Source: a virus (lineage: Duplodnaviria > Caudoviricetes). Taken from it: DNA of 43,511 bases. Of this stretch, positions 35,339 to 43,511 are shown piece by piece; position 1 is the first letter of the stretch; every line of letters begins with the position of its first letter. A model generated the notes under the pieces. The model was not told where the DNA came from and made no database searches. It saw only the letters and a list, made by a program, of their open reading frames with translations. Location of the stretch: positions 1-43,511 of the IMG/VR virus record IMGVR_UViG_3300032269_000372, one strand, 5' to 3'. Both the position numbers and the translations under genes were made by a program.

Positions 35339-35581
35339 TCAGGATGATGCGAGATAGGCTCCCATGACTCTACCGCCTGCGTCCACCTTCTGTGACTCCA
35401 TGCGCGGCCTGGTTCCAAGCCTGATAGCGCGCTCGGTGGGAGTAAGTTCAAACCACAGCATCGCCATGGCCTCGACTACGTCGATGCTCTTGACATTGTT
35501 TGCGACGCCATCGACGGCAATCTTCGCGTACGTCTCTTCCCTGATTCGGACCGATGCTGTGTTTGGCTTTTTTGGGTTCAT
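35339..35581 (-). CDS. Small ribbon-helix-helix-like DNA-binding protein (80 aa)
   Basis: ATGA overlap with the giant gene; TASVRIREETYAKI strand-helix pattern. Confidence 0.55.
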   Translation of the reverse strand: MNPKKPNTASVRIREETYAKIAVDGVANNVKSIDVVEAMAMLWFELTPTERAIRLGTRPRMESQKVDAGGRVMGAYLASS

Positions 35582-38500
35582 TCTCCAAGTCCTTCTGCGT
35601 CTGCAATACGCCTTGCCACCACGCCGGATTCGATGTCGAGCCGGCGCAGCAGTTGCGGCATCTGCCGCGACTGCAACTTGTTCTTGGCGCGGCGCTCAAT
35701 GTCACGCATGTTCATGGCTGCCATCGGGTACAGCGAGTTAAACTCGCGCAGCACCTTCTGAGCCGACGCCCTGTCGTTTCCTGCAAGGTAAGTAGCCGCC
35801 TCGTTCGCATATCGATCGACCTCATTGCGGATGATGCGGAGCCGCTGGTATTCCATGGACCATACCGTCTCATTGACGGTGCGGAATGCCAGGGCTTTGA
35901 GGAACTGCTCCTCTGGATCCAACTTGAATTTGAGCCGACCCGTGGCGTCGTACTCTGCATTGTCACCGGAGAACAACTTCCATAGGTTGACGACCTGCTG
36001 AGCGGCCGGGCTGCTGTCCAAGAGGCCACGCGTAAGACGTTCACCGGCGCCCATGGGGATGGCAGTCTCTGCGGTCAGGTTGGTCATCAATTGGATGGCC
36101 GTGTTCACGGTCGGGCCGGCAATGGTTGCTCCGATCTTCTCGTACACGTTCCGGCCAAACGGCTTCTGCCAGATCGAGATCGAGCCTGACAGGTCGATTC
36201 CGATGGCAGCCGGCAGGCCCATCATCGCAACATCGGCCATGCTCTCCGAGCCAAGTTCGCTCTTCAGCCACTGCCTCAACTTGTAGTTGAGATCGTCTGC
36301 GCCTTCCTTGTCTCCGAGATACAGGCTGCGGATCAGGCTTGCGGCAGACAGGCCGATGGAGGACTGGATGCCACCGAGCAGGCTCATGGTCGCCATGTAC
36401 CTGGCGACGCCAGAGTAATTGCCGCGCTGGAACTCGTTGACCAGTAGACCGGTCGTGTTGATGGCGAACCGGCGGTACTGGAGGGAGGTCGATGCAATCG
36501 GACCGCGAAGCAGCCACGGCACGTTCGCCTTGGTGTAGTAGAACTGCGTGTACACGTTGCCGTAGACGCGGCCATACCGAACGGCCTCTTCCTCGGTCAT
36601 GCCCATGCGGTACTTGGCATGGTGGTACATGGCGACGAACGCGAAGTTCTGGTTGCGGGCTTCCGACGACGGGTTGAACGTCTCGTTGGTCTGCTTGTAG
36701 ATCTTGTCGTTCATCGTGGAGACAAAGCCCATGATGTCCGATCCAAGCACACGGTCCTCGCCTTCGCGGAACCGAGCCGAGCCATCAAAGAACCCGTGCT
36801 TGCGAAGGACGACCTTGCCTTCCTCGCTGTTGTAGAACGAGACGGCCTCCATGATGCCCTTCTCGCCGAGGATCGGATACACCGTTTGTATCGGCTGGAA
36901 CGAGTTGACGATCTGCTGACGGACCGTGAGCAACTGCCGCGCATAGTTGAGTGCGCGGATCGAACCAAGCCAACGGCGGGTCGGGAACGGGGAGACGATC
37001 TTGCCGACAACCGGGATCGCCCGGATCATCGAGTCGATCGCTGCCTCGGTCATGGTCGGCGCGGTGAACAGCGTGTGCCGCATGGACTCGGCCAGGTAAT
37101 CGCCCCATCCCGGCGTCTTCCGACGGATGCTCTCGATCTTGGGGGTCAGTTTCCTGACCATGTCGCCACCCATGCGCCAACGGTTGTGCAGGCGCTCGGA
37201 CATGTTCCACACCATCGGAAAGTCGGTGACGTAGCCGCCGGCTCCCGTGCGTTCCATGAGAGGCGCATAGAACGGGCGCTTGCTCGTCTTACTGCCAACG
37301 ATGCCGCGCATGGCGTCAGCCACCTCGTCACGGTACGCGCCAGTGGCATCAGCAAGCATCTTCTCAAGCCGGCGGCGCTGAGCGTCGGACAGCCTGACGG
37401 CGTCGTCTGGATCGATCCTGACGGCTGGCTCGGCAACCAGTTTCTTGTACATGCCAGGGTTTGCCCGCTTGAACGCATACAACTTCTCGTATGCCTCCGG
37501 CTCGGTGATGGCGCTTCCGATGATCGTCCTGGTGTCGTTGGCGTCATAGCCAACCAACTTGAAGTCGCCGTTGAACCAGTGGTAGAAGTGCGCGTACTGG
37601 CGACCCCAGTTGTCCGGGATCATCTTGTTGACGAGCATCTCGCGAGCCTGGTCCATGGTAACCGTGCCGTCTGCGGTCTTGATCATCTTGCGACCACGAT
37701 CGCTACGGACCACTTCCCACTCCATGCCGTTCTGCGCAGCACGAGCAACGAGCCTCGTGGAGTTGTCGCGCTTGAGCATGCCACGGATGCTCTCGCGCTT
37801 GGTCTCGATGATCTCCTCGCGTCGGACTTCCTCGCGCTCCTTGAACCACTTCAGGGCATCGCGCCATGCCTGCGACTTTGACTGGAACTCCGGGTTCGTG
37901 TCGATGGTCTCGGGCGGGTGGTACATGTCCATGTGCCGCGAGAACTCCTCGCTGTCGCGATCTTCCTTCGGGATGGACTCCCAGACGGCCGTCGCCTCGT
38001 CCTGCCGGCTCTTGGTGACGAGGTTGCGCTCCATGTCCATGTTGATCATGTCTTCGACCACGGAGATGACCTCCGGGTTCTTGGACGCGATCGCAAGATT
38101 GAGGGGAGCAGCAATGAACTTCCAGAAGGGCGAGATGTCGGCGGCAGCCGTGACAATCTCGATGTCATCGGAATCCTCAACCGAAATCGGCTTCGGACCG
38201 AATTTTCCTGCGAGTTGCCGAGCCGTGCCAAGCCATGCGCGACCAAGAGCCGCAAGCCTGTCTTCGCCTTCAGATCGAACGGCACTTCCACCGATAGCCT
38301 GGCTCAGCGCCATGTCAGCAGCAACCGCGTCAGCGGGCTGATACACGGATGCAGAATCACGGAGCGACTGGACTAGCGGGCTGGTTCCGTCGGCTCCTTT
38401 TGCTGCTCTTGCGTCGATGGCGGGGGCAGCGGGTTGCCCTCGTCGTCCAGAAGTGCTTCCTCGGCCGACAGCAGGTCGTCCGCCTCCTGTTGCTCGTTGT

Positions 38501-41500
38501 TTGGATACCAGGGCGCGTTCATCGTCAATCCTCTTGATTTCCTTGTTGATCGCCGCGCGCTTCACATTGCGCTCGGACACGAATGCTATCGCAGCCTGCT
38601 CGTAATCGGGAAGGCCACCCTTGTCGTATGTCAATTCATCCGTGTCTTCGTCCACCTTGGCAACGTCATAGAGACGCTTCTCGGGGTACCAATAAACGGC
38701 CTGAAGATCCGCCATGGTCAGGTCTGGATAGTCCTTGCGAAGCCCATCAAGGACGCCCTGCATGACCATTCGGATGCGATTGCGCACGCGGGCAGATCGA
38801 GGCGACTCAATAGATCCATCGACCGACTTGGCATGCGTATTCGCCATGCGACGCAGGTTGTCGCCGTTTGCCATCGACGCCAGTTGATCGCGGAACTCTT
38901 CCTTCACAGATCGGCGTGCAATGTTCTGCGCAATTTCGGTCAGCCGGCCACTTGCCATCTTGCCGCCGGCAAACTTGGTGAGATCCTCGCCAATAAGATC
39001 GCCAATTTGCCGAAGCGACCTGGGGCTTTTCTGGGACATGGTCTTGAGCATGTCGCGCATCTGCGTGCGCTGATCCGCAATGTTCTGCGGGTTGGCATCA
39101 ATCAAGAGACCGATCCAGCGACCCCAGGTTCGCATGAACCATCGGTCCATGGTGAGTTGCTCGTAGTTGCCATACAGGTTCGCGAAGAACCCGTTGCCGA
39201 TCTTTGGACCGAAGATGGCTGCGCCATACACGACGGTGTTCATGCCCTCGCCGGACACCTTCTTGCCGGTCATCTTCTCAATGTCTCGGACGGTCCGCTT
39301 CTCCTGCATGAAGCCCATGACCCAGTCGATGCCATGCTTGGCGATCATGCGGTTGACCCGCTTCATGCCGTCGTTCATGGCTTTCTTCGAGCCGCCTTCG
39401 CCGATGTTCACCGGCATGCGGCCCGTACGCTTGTAGTACTCGTATGCCTGGGCGGCAAGCACGAAGTTGCGCGGCACGTCCATCTGGTTGGACGTAATCG
39501 CAAGCGCCATCTTCATGATGAACTGAGACCGTTCGTCGGCCTTGAGTTCCGGGTACACGAGCGACATGACGGCAAGAGCCTTCTTGACCTTCTCGTCATA
39601 CCAGCCGACCGCGTTGTTCTTCATCGCAAGCGCGACCTTGGCATCCTTCATCGCGACTCTGACGATGTATTCATCGACCGCAGCAGAATCCTCTGCCGTA
39701 AGATCGACGCCGGCTTTCTTGGCGGATGCCTGAACAGCGCGCTGAATCTCCATTTTGAAGTCGCGGATCTTGTCGAACTTCTTGCCGCGCGCCATCTTGA
39801 CGATGTTCTGAACGCCGGCCGTCCTAGCAACCTCGTCAGGAATTGGCCTGATTGACTGGTCAAGTCTTGAGCCAAGAAGGTCATCAGCCGCGCGACCAAG
39901 CCGCTTGCTTTCCTGCGTGGTCCTATCGGCAAGCGCCATCAACTCCTGGAAACTATACGTCTCCATGATTTGCGACATTGCCGCAGACGTTTTTGCAAGC
40001 GCGGAGTTGCCAGGGTCAGCAGGCATGCCGAGCAACAGTCTTTTGATTGCTGTGTACAACCGGTCAAGCAACGACGTCTCGCGCTTTGCTTGCGGAGTCG
40101 TATCAAGTCGAACCAATGTAAATGCCTGATCTCCGTCATACGGAAACCGGGCCAAGTAATTCCGCATGTCTGGTGACGATGTCGCCTGCGCTATGAACTC
40201 GTCAATGTTCGTCAGTCCATAGGCGATATTGTCGAGTTCAAATGGCTGAATTGTGTAATTTCCAGACAGATTCTTGTAGTCCGACGACTTAAGCATCTGA
40301 GACCACAGCGGACGCGCCTTGTCAAATTCGTGTGCGGCCCTTCTTCCGAACATCACGCTTTTGTTGTCTACACCTGATCCAAATCCACTGTTTGATTGCG
40401 CTTCAATCGCGCTGAACCGTGGGCCGACAGCAAGATAAATCTGAATGATGTCCTTAATTGCATCATTCTTTGTGCTGTCCATGATGTCCTGTAGCCGGTT
40501 GATGTATTCCTTTCCACTAAGCGTCGAAAGCGGGTTGAGGATCTTGGGCGAAAATGTCCGGTACTCCTTGTCCTCATTGTCAATTGCCGACGAAGTCAAT
40601 CCATGCGCAAGTTCATGAATAAACGTATTCAGATTGTTGTACTCGGACATGTACAAGACGCTTGTGCCATCGCTCTTGTCTTGCATAAAGGCGCGGCCAA
40701 GATTCGACGGATCTCGATAAATGACCGCCGATGTCAGTAGCGACTTGTTCTTCAACAAGAGTTCCTGAAGCAAAGCAATCTTTGCGTCAATTTGATCGAC
40801 CTGGGACCGATTCGTCGGATCTGCTCTCAGCAAAGCATTGCGATCCTCTAAAGCAGCCAGGACAAAATCATCAGATACTCTCTTTGCCAAATCAAACGAC
40901 TTGATTTTTACAAACGCCCCACGTCCGTCGTTTGAACTAACGCGAATAACATCGCCGACGCGGGGTTCGTAGGTTCGCATATCGCGCGCGTCTGCTTCCT
41001 TGCGGACAGCCTCCGAATACTCGGATTCATACGCCGGCGGAGCGATGCTCTGAGAGATTGGCTCTTCATTCTCTGCCGACTGCGCACGGCGAAGCAGATC
41101 TGCGCCAGCCTTTGTGTCTGCAACATCTAATGGGTAGGTGTAAACCGAACGAACAATAGTGAAGATCTGCATCTCATTGAAGGCCGGTTTGCCATCAAGA
41201 AGATCAGCAACCAATCGGAATGCCTTTGCAGCAAGAACGGCACGCATCTGCAACATCTCGGCGACTTGGCTCTGAACGACACCGGCAAACTGGGATGGGA
41301 AAGCCACCATCTTTGTCCCATAGCCCGATGCTTCCAATGCCCGGTTTGCGTCAGTGCTGTCAGAAAACTCCTCAAGTTCGCTTGCGACCTTTTTCAGAAT
41401 CGGGGACAGAGACTGCCCATATGGGCGCCCCTTATTGCTTACCCCATATTGAAGCACTCCAGACCCCTCATATTGAGGGGCAAGGTATCTGACAAGTTGC

Positions 41501-43511
41501 GATCCCATTTCGTATCGAATGGACGCGATTTTCTCAGCAACTTCTTTATCGGATGACAAAGTTCCTAGCCTTGTTGCGGCCACGACTTCGTCCACAAATG
41601 CATTCATCTGATTTTGAAGCGCGAAACCGGAAATGCCAATCAGATTCTGTTTCTCGCGTCCGCGCTGCAACAGCAATTGAGAAGTGAAAGTTTGTCCCAT
41701 TGGATTTTGTCGAGGATCCAGTAGTGCTGGATTCTCAACGAAATCTAGTGATGTAAATGACTGACCGAGAAACTTTGCATACAGCGCGTCTGTATCAAAC
41801 ACCAACTCTCCGCGCGCGCCCAGATTGAAGAATGTATTGTCTCCGCCGCCACCAATACCCATGGTGCCGCCGTAATCAAACACAACGCCTTCGGTATCTA
41901 CGTTGCCGCTGTGGAGATCGTTTGCAATCAGCGTGTTGGCAATGCCTGCCTGCCTCGAAATCGTCAACAGATCAAATCCACCAGGACGATCAACATTACC
42001 AGCCCAAAACTTGAGACCCTGTCGGATCTTCGTAGCAAATCCGCTGACAAGCGTTGATGAACGACCAACGTCGCTATCTGGATTCAGTTCAGATGTTTGA
42101 ATTGCTACGTTGTTCGGCATGAACGCCGGAAGGCCAAGCGCCTCGGCAATCAGGTTTGCGGCCATCTCGTTCTGAAGCATCAGGCGCCGTCGGTCCAAAC
42201 CAGTTTTGTCAATAAGGTCAAGAACCTTGCTAGGGTCGATCGGGACAAGGTGTTTAACGTAATAATCCTGTCCGTCAGCACCAGTCATCATTGCTGCGCT
42301 AGTTGCGCCACGTCGATCACGAAAAGTTTCCGGGTCCCTTTGGAATTTGTTGATCGTGTCGGTCGACAGCGGAAGCGGCTGTGGGTTGTCAAACGTCGCG
42401 ACGTTGCGGATCGCTTGTGAAATCGACGACTCTTGAATGCCAGGGCGCTTTGCCTTCATTGCCGCTTTGGCCTGGTCTCGGATCGACTCTTCCTGGTCCT
42501 CAACGGACACAAGCGGAGCAAGCGCTTTGCGAACGGACTGGTCAAGCGCAGGAATGCGCGCGCTCACGTCGGCGGCCGTCATCGGATTCGCGTCGATATC
42601 AGCCATGGCAATCTTGCCACGCTTTGCATCCATCATCTGCACAAGCGCACGGGCAATCAACTGCTGCGCCGCATGGCGCTGACGCGGGTTGCCAAGTTCT
42701 GCCGGGTTGTCGGCAAACCGACGAAGGACCCGGACTTGCTCGTCGTTCATGCCGCGCGCCTTCTTGGTCAAGCCGGGGATAGCCTCGAAGGCATCCATGA
42801 TGCCCGATGCAATCTTGGCAAGCAAACCGATGGCCGGCTTTGTATCAGCAATCCTGCGCAGTTCATCCACGTCAATCTTGCCGGACTCATCAACCACGGC
42901 AACGAACGCGCCATCCATCAGCATCTCTGCAAGGTTGGCAACTTCCTCTTCCATCAACTTCGCCTCGGGCAGGCTGATGCGCTGCGCGCTTGCCATGCGC
43001 CGGCGGAACTCCTTGCGGTACTTCGACGCAGCATCGCTGGTCGGCTCGGAAAGCGAGGAGAGATCCTGGCTATCAAGGGCGGCCATCAACTGCTCGGGCA
43101 TGTTGGCCCGCAACAGCGCGGCATCCTCGGACTCGTCGTTGCGCGCAACCCACAGAATTGCGTCTCGGTCCGTCTCGTTCTCGGAATTGAGCATGACAAG
43201 TCCGGCGCGCCGGACTGCGGCCATTCTGTTCTGACCCTCCAAGTTCGCCATGTACGTCTTGCGCAACTCGCGCAGGGCGCGCGGCATCTTGCGGTTCAGT
43301 TGCTTGTACAGCGAGACAAACGTCTCCGGGCTTGTCTTGGCAATGTGATGCATCGTCTCGTGAAGCGCGATTGCAAACATCGCGGACGGACGATTGATGT
43401 CCTGGGCAGACAGGAAGACAATGCCTTCCTTGTATGCGCCGGCAGTCCTAGACGCCTTCGGGGTCTGGATGAACACCACGGTGATGCCCAACTTCTTGCC
43501 GAAGTTGACAA
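35578..43511 (-). CDS. C-terminal part (>2640 aa) of the giant polyvalent virion protein: two HExxH metallopeptidase-like, one kinase-like, one HhH glycosylase-like and a C-terminal helical region
   Basis: Open to the window edge. HETMH (43348-43362); YYVK..NEMAA..DLHSGN..DYGG (~41860-42270); HELAH (40603-40617) with DEFIAQA; WY..GPKIG..TMDRW..DLQAVYW (~38690-39605). Confidence 0.88.
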   Translation of the reverse strand, partial: VNFGKKLGITVVFIQTPKASRTAGAYKEGIVFLSAQDINRPSAMFAIALHETMHHIAKTSPETFVSLYKQLNRKMPRALRELRKTYMANLEGQNRMAAVRRAGLVMLNSENETDRDAILWVARNDESEDAALLRANMPEQLMAALDSQDLSSLSEPTSDAASKYRKEFRRRMASAQRISLPEAKLMEEEVANLAEMLMDGAFVAVVDESGKIDVDELRRIADTKPAIGLLAKIASGIMDAFEAIPGLTKKARGMNDEQVRVLRRFADNPAELGNPRQRHAAQQLIARALVQMMDAKRGKIAMADIDANPMTAADVSARIPALDQSVRKALAPLVSVEDQEESIRDQAKAAMKAKRPGIQESSISQAIRNVATFDNPQPLPLSTDTINKFQRDPETFRDRRGATSAAMMTGADGQDYYVKHLVPIDPSKVLDLIDKTGLDRRRLMLQNEMAANLIAEALGLPAFMPNNVAIQTSELNPDSDVGRSSTLVSGFATKIRQGLKFWAGNVDRPGGFDLLTISRQAGIANTLIANDLHSGNVDTEGVVFDYGGTMGIGGGGDNTFFNLGARGELVFDTDALYAKFLGQSFTSLDFVENPALLDPRQNPMGQTFTSQLLLQRGREKQNLIGISGFALQNQMNAFVDEVVAATRLGTLSSDKEVAEKIASIRYEMGSQLVRYLAPQYEGSGVLQYGVSNKGRPYGQSLSPILKKVASELEEFSDSTDANRALEASGYGTKMVAFPSQFAGVVQSQVAEMLQMRAVLAAKAFRLVADLLDGKPAFNEMQIFTIVRSVYTYPLDVADTKAGADLLRRAQSAENEEPISQSIAPPAYESEYSEAVRKEADARDMRTYEPRVGDVIRVSSNDGRGAFVKIKSFDLAKRVSDDFVLAALEDRNALLRADPTNRSQVDQIDAKIALLQELLLKNKSLLTSAVIYRDPSNLGRAFMQDKSDGTSVLYMSEYNNLNTFIHELAHGLTSSAIDNEDKEYRTFSPKILNPLSTLSGKEYINRLQDIMDSTKNDAIKDIIQIYLAVGPRFSAIEAQSNSGFGSGVDNKSVMFGRRAAHEFDKARPLWSQMLKSSDYKNLSGNYTIQPFELDNIAYGLTNIDEFIAQATSSPDMRNYLARFPYDGDQAFTLVRLDTTPQAKRETSLLDRLYTAIKRLLLGMPADPGNSALAKTSAAMSQIMETYSFQELMALADRTTQESKRLGRAADDLLGSRLDQSIRPIPDEVARTAGVQNIVKMARGKKFDKIRDFKMEIQRAVQASAKKAGVDLTAEDSAAVDEYIVRVAMKDAKVALAMKNNAVGWYDEKVKKALAVMSLVYPELKADERSQFIMKMALAITSNQMDVPRNFVLAAQAYEYYKRTGRMPVNIGEGGSKKAMNDGMKRVNRMIAKHGIDWVMGFMQEKRTVRDIEKMTGKKVSGEGMNTVVYGAAIFGPKIGNGFFANLYGNYEQLTMDRWFMRTWGRWIGLLIDANPQNIADQRTQMRDMLKTMSQKSPRSLRQIGDLIGEDLTKFAGGKMASGRLTEIAQNIARRSVKEEFRDQLASMANGDNLRRMANTHAKSVDGSIESPRSARVRNRIRMVMQGVLDGLRKDYPDLTMADLQAVYWYPEKRLYDVAKVDEDTDELTYDKGGLPDYEQAAIAFVSERNVKRAAINKEIKRIDDERALVSKQRATGGGRPAVGRGSTSGRRGQPAAPAIDARAAKGADGTSPLVQSLRDSASVYQPADAVAADMALSQAIGGSAVRSEGEDRLAALGRAWLGTARQLAGKFGPKPISVEDSDDIEIVTAAADISPFWKFIAAPLNLAIASKNPEVISVVEDMINMDMERNLVTKSRQDEATAVWESIPKEDRDSEEFSRHMDMYHPPETIDTNPEFQSKSQAWRDALKWFKEREEVRREEIIETKRESIRGMLKRDNSTRLVARAAQNGMEWEVVRSDRGRKMIKTADGTVTMDQAREMLVNKMIPDNWGRQYAHFYHWFNGDFKLVGYDANDTRTIIGSAITEPEAYEKLYAFKRANPGMYKKLVAEPAVRIDPDDAVRLSDAQRRRLEKMLADATGAYRDEVADAMRGIVGSKTSKRPFYAPLMERTGAGGYVTDFPMVWNMSERLHNRWRMGGDMVRKLTPKIESIRRKTPGWGDYLAESMRHTLFTAPTMTEAAIDSMIRAIPVVGKIVSPFPTRRWLGSIRALNYARQLLTVRQQIVNSFQPIQTVYPILGEKGIMEAVSFYNSEEGKVVLRKHGFFDGSARFREGEDRVLGSDIMGFVSTMNDKIYKQTNETFNPSSEARNQNFAFVAMYHHAKYRMGMTEEEAVRYGRVYGNVYTQFYYTKANVPWLLRGPIASTSLQYRRFAINTTGLLVNEFQRGNYSGVARYMATMSLLGGIQSSIGLSAASLIRSLYLGDKEGADDLNYKLRQWLKSELGSESMADVAMMGLPAAIGIDLSGSISIWQKPFGRNVYEKIGATIAGPTVNTAIQLMTNLTAETAIPMGAGERLTRGLLDSSPAAQQVVNLWKLFSGDNAEYDATGRLKFKLDPEEQFLKALAFRTVNETVWSMEYQRLRIIRNEVDRYANEAATYLAGNDRASAQKVLREFNSLYPMAAMNMRDIERRAKNKLQSRQMPQLLRRLDIESGVVARRIADAEGLGE
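43200..43215. repeat. 16-bp palindrome copy 7 (in the giant gene, read as VRRAGL)
   Basis: Exact match, in a different reading frame from the other coding copies. Confidence 0.97.

Larger units (their letters stand above)
1..43511. mobile_element. Tailed dsDNA bacteriophage genome (podovirus-like), probably complete and circularly permuted
   Basis: Terminase, portal, scaffold and capsid module plus helicase/primase/recombinase module; dense ATGA/TAATG-coupled genes; no host genes; the ORF running off base 1 joins in frame with the ORF entering at 43511. Confidence 0.93.

Noticed and set aside
36619-39855. Plus-strand ORFs of 420 and 473 aa
   Set aside because: Shadows of the giant minus-strand gene.
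4897-43215. Palindrome as an AscI (GGCGCGCC) linker or assembly artefact
   Set aside because: Host ORFs stay intact and in frame across every coding copy, flanks differ, and one copy is naturally degenerate. A read-level check is still advisable.
4897-43215. Palindrome copies as a CRISPR array or REP/MITE elements
   Set aside because: Copies are kilobases apart with no spacer periodicity, no visible target-site duplications and no transposase.
1-43511. Terminal direct repeats or att sites at the window ends
   Set aside because: The first and last bases share no repeat; the break falls inside a gene, consistent with arbitrary linearisation.

Overview
The window reads as an essentially complete, circularly permuted ~43.5 kb tailed-phage genome with podovirus-like architecture. 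A Planctomycetota-type host is only a tentative inference from gene style. The minus strand carries a late/structural arm from ~22978 down to base 1 that apparently continues through the junction from 43511 to ~35339: putative TerS, TerL, portal, scaffold, major capsid, decoration, small membrane/lysis-like genes, a cluster of tiny Lys-rich ORFs, fibre, HNH, adaptor/tail genes, a Cys-rich protein, an internal virion protein and a giant (~3861 aa if the ends are joined) polyvalent protein. The plus strand carries a GC-rich early block (23.4-28.0 kb: MoxR/CbbQ-like AAA+ ATPase, VWA-like partner, small ORFs) and a recombination/replication block (28.4-35.1 kb: HTH, Cas4-like PD-(D/E)XK nuclease, RecT-like annealase, SF2 helicase, TOPRIM primase, RusA-like resolvase). 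I recognised no integrase, DNA polymerase, endolysin, tRNA or CRISPR array. The main unexplained signals are: (1) a 16-bp palindrome GTCCGGCGCGCCGGAC in 7 perfect copies plus 1 single-mismatch copy spread around the genome, five of them inside coding regions; (2) the giant protein, whose two HExxH peptidase, kinase-like and glycosylase-like modules are bounded by a recurring [IL]xQ[SA][IVL] peptide; (3) an ACTGGGAGAC start-associated motif before four early genes; (4) a six-hairpin intergenic element with an adjacent promoter at 35.0-35.3 kb; (5) a CATG-dense block with a 22-bp tandem repeat at 28.0-28.24 kb. All family assignments come from motif recognition by eye, not database searches.
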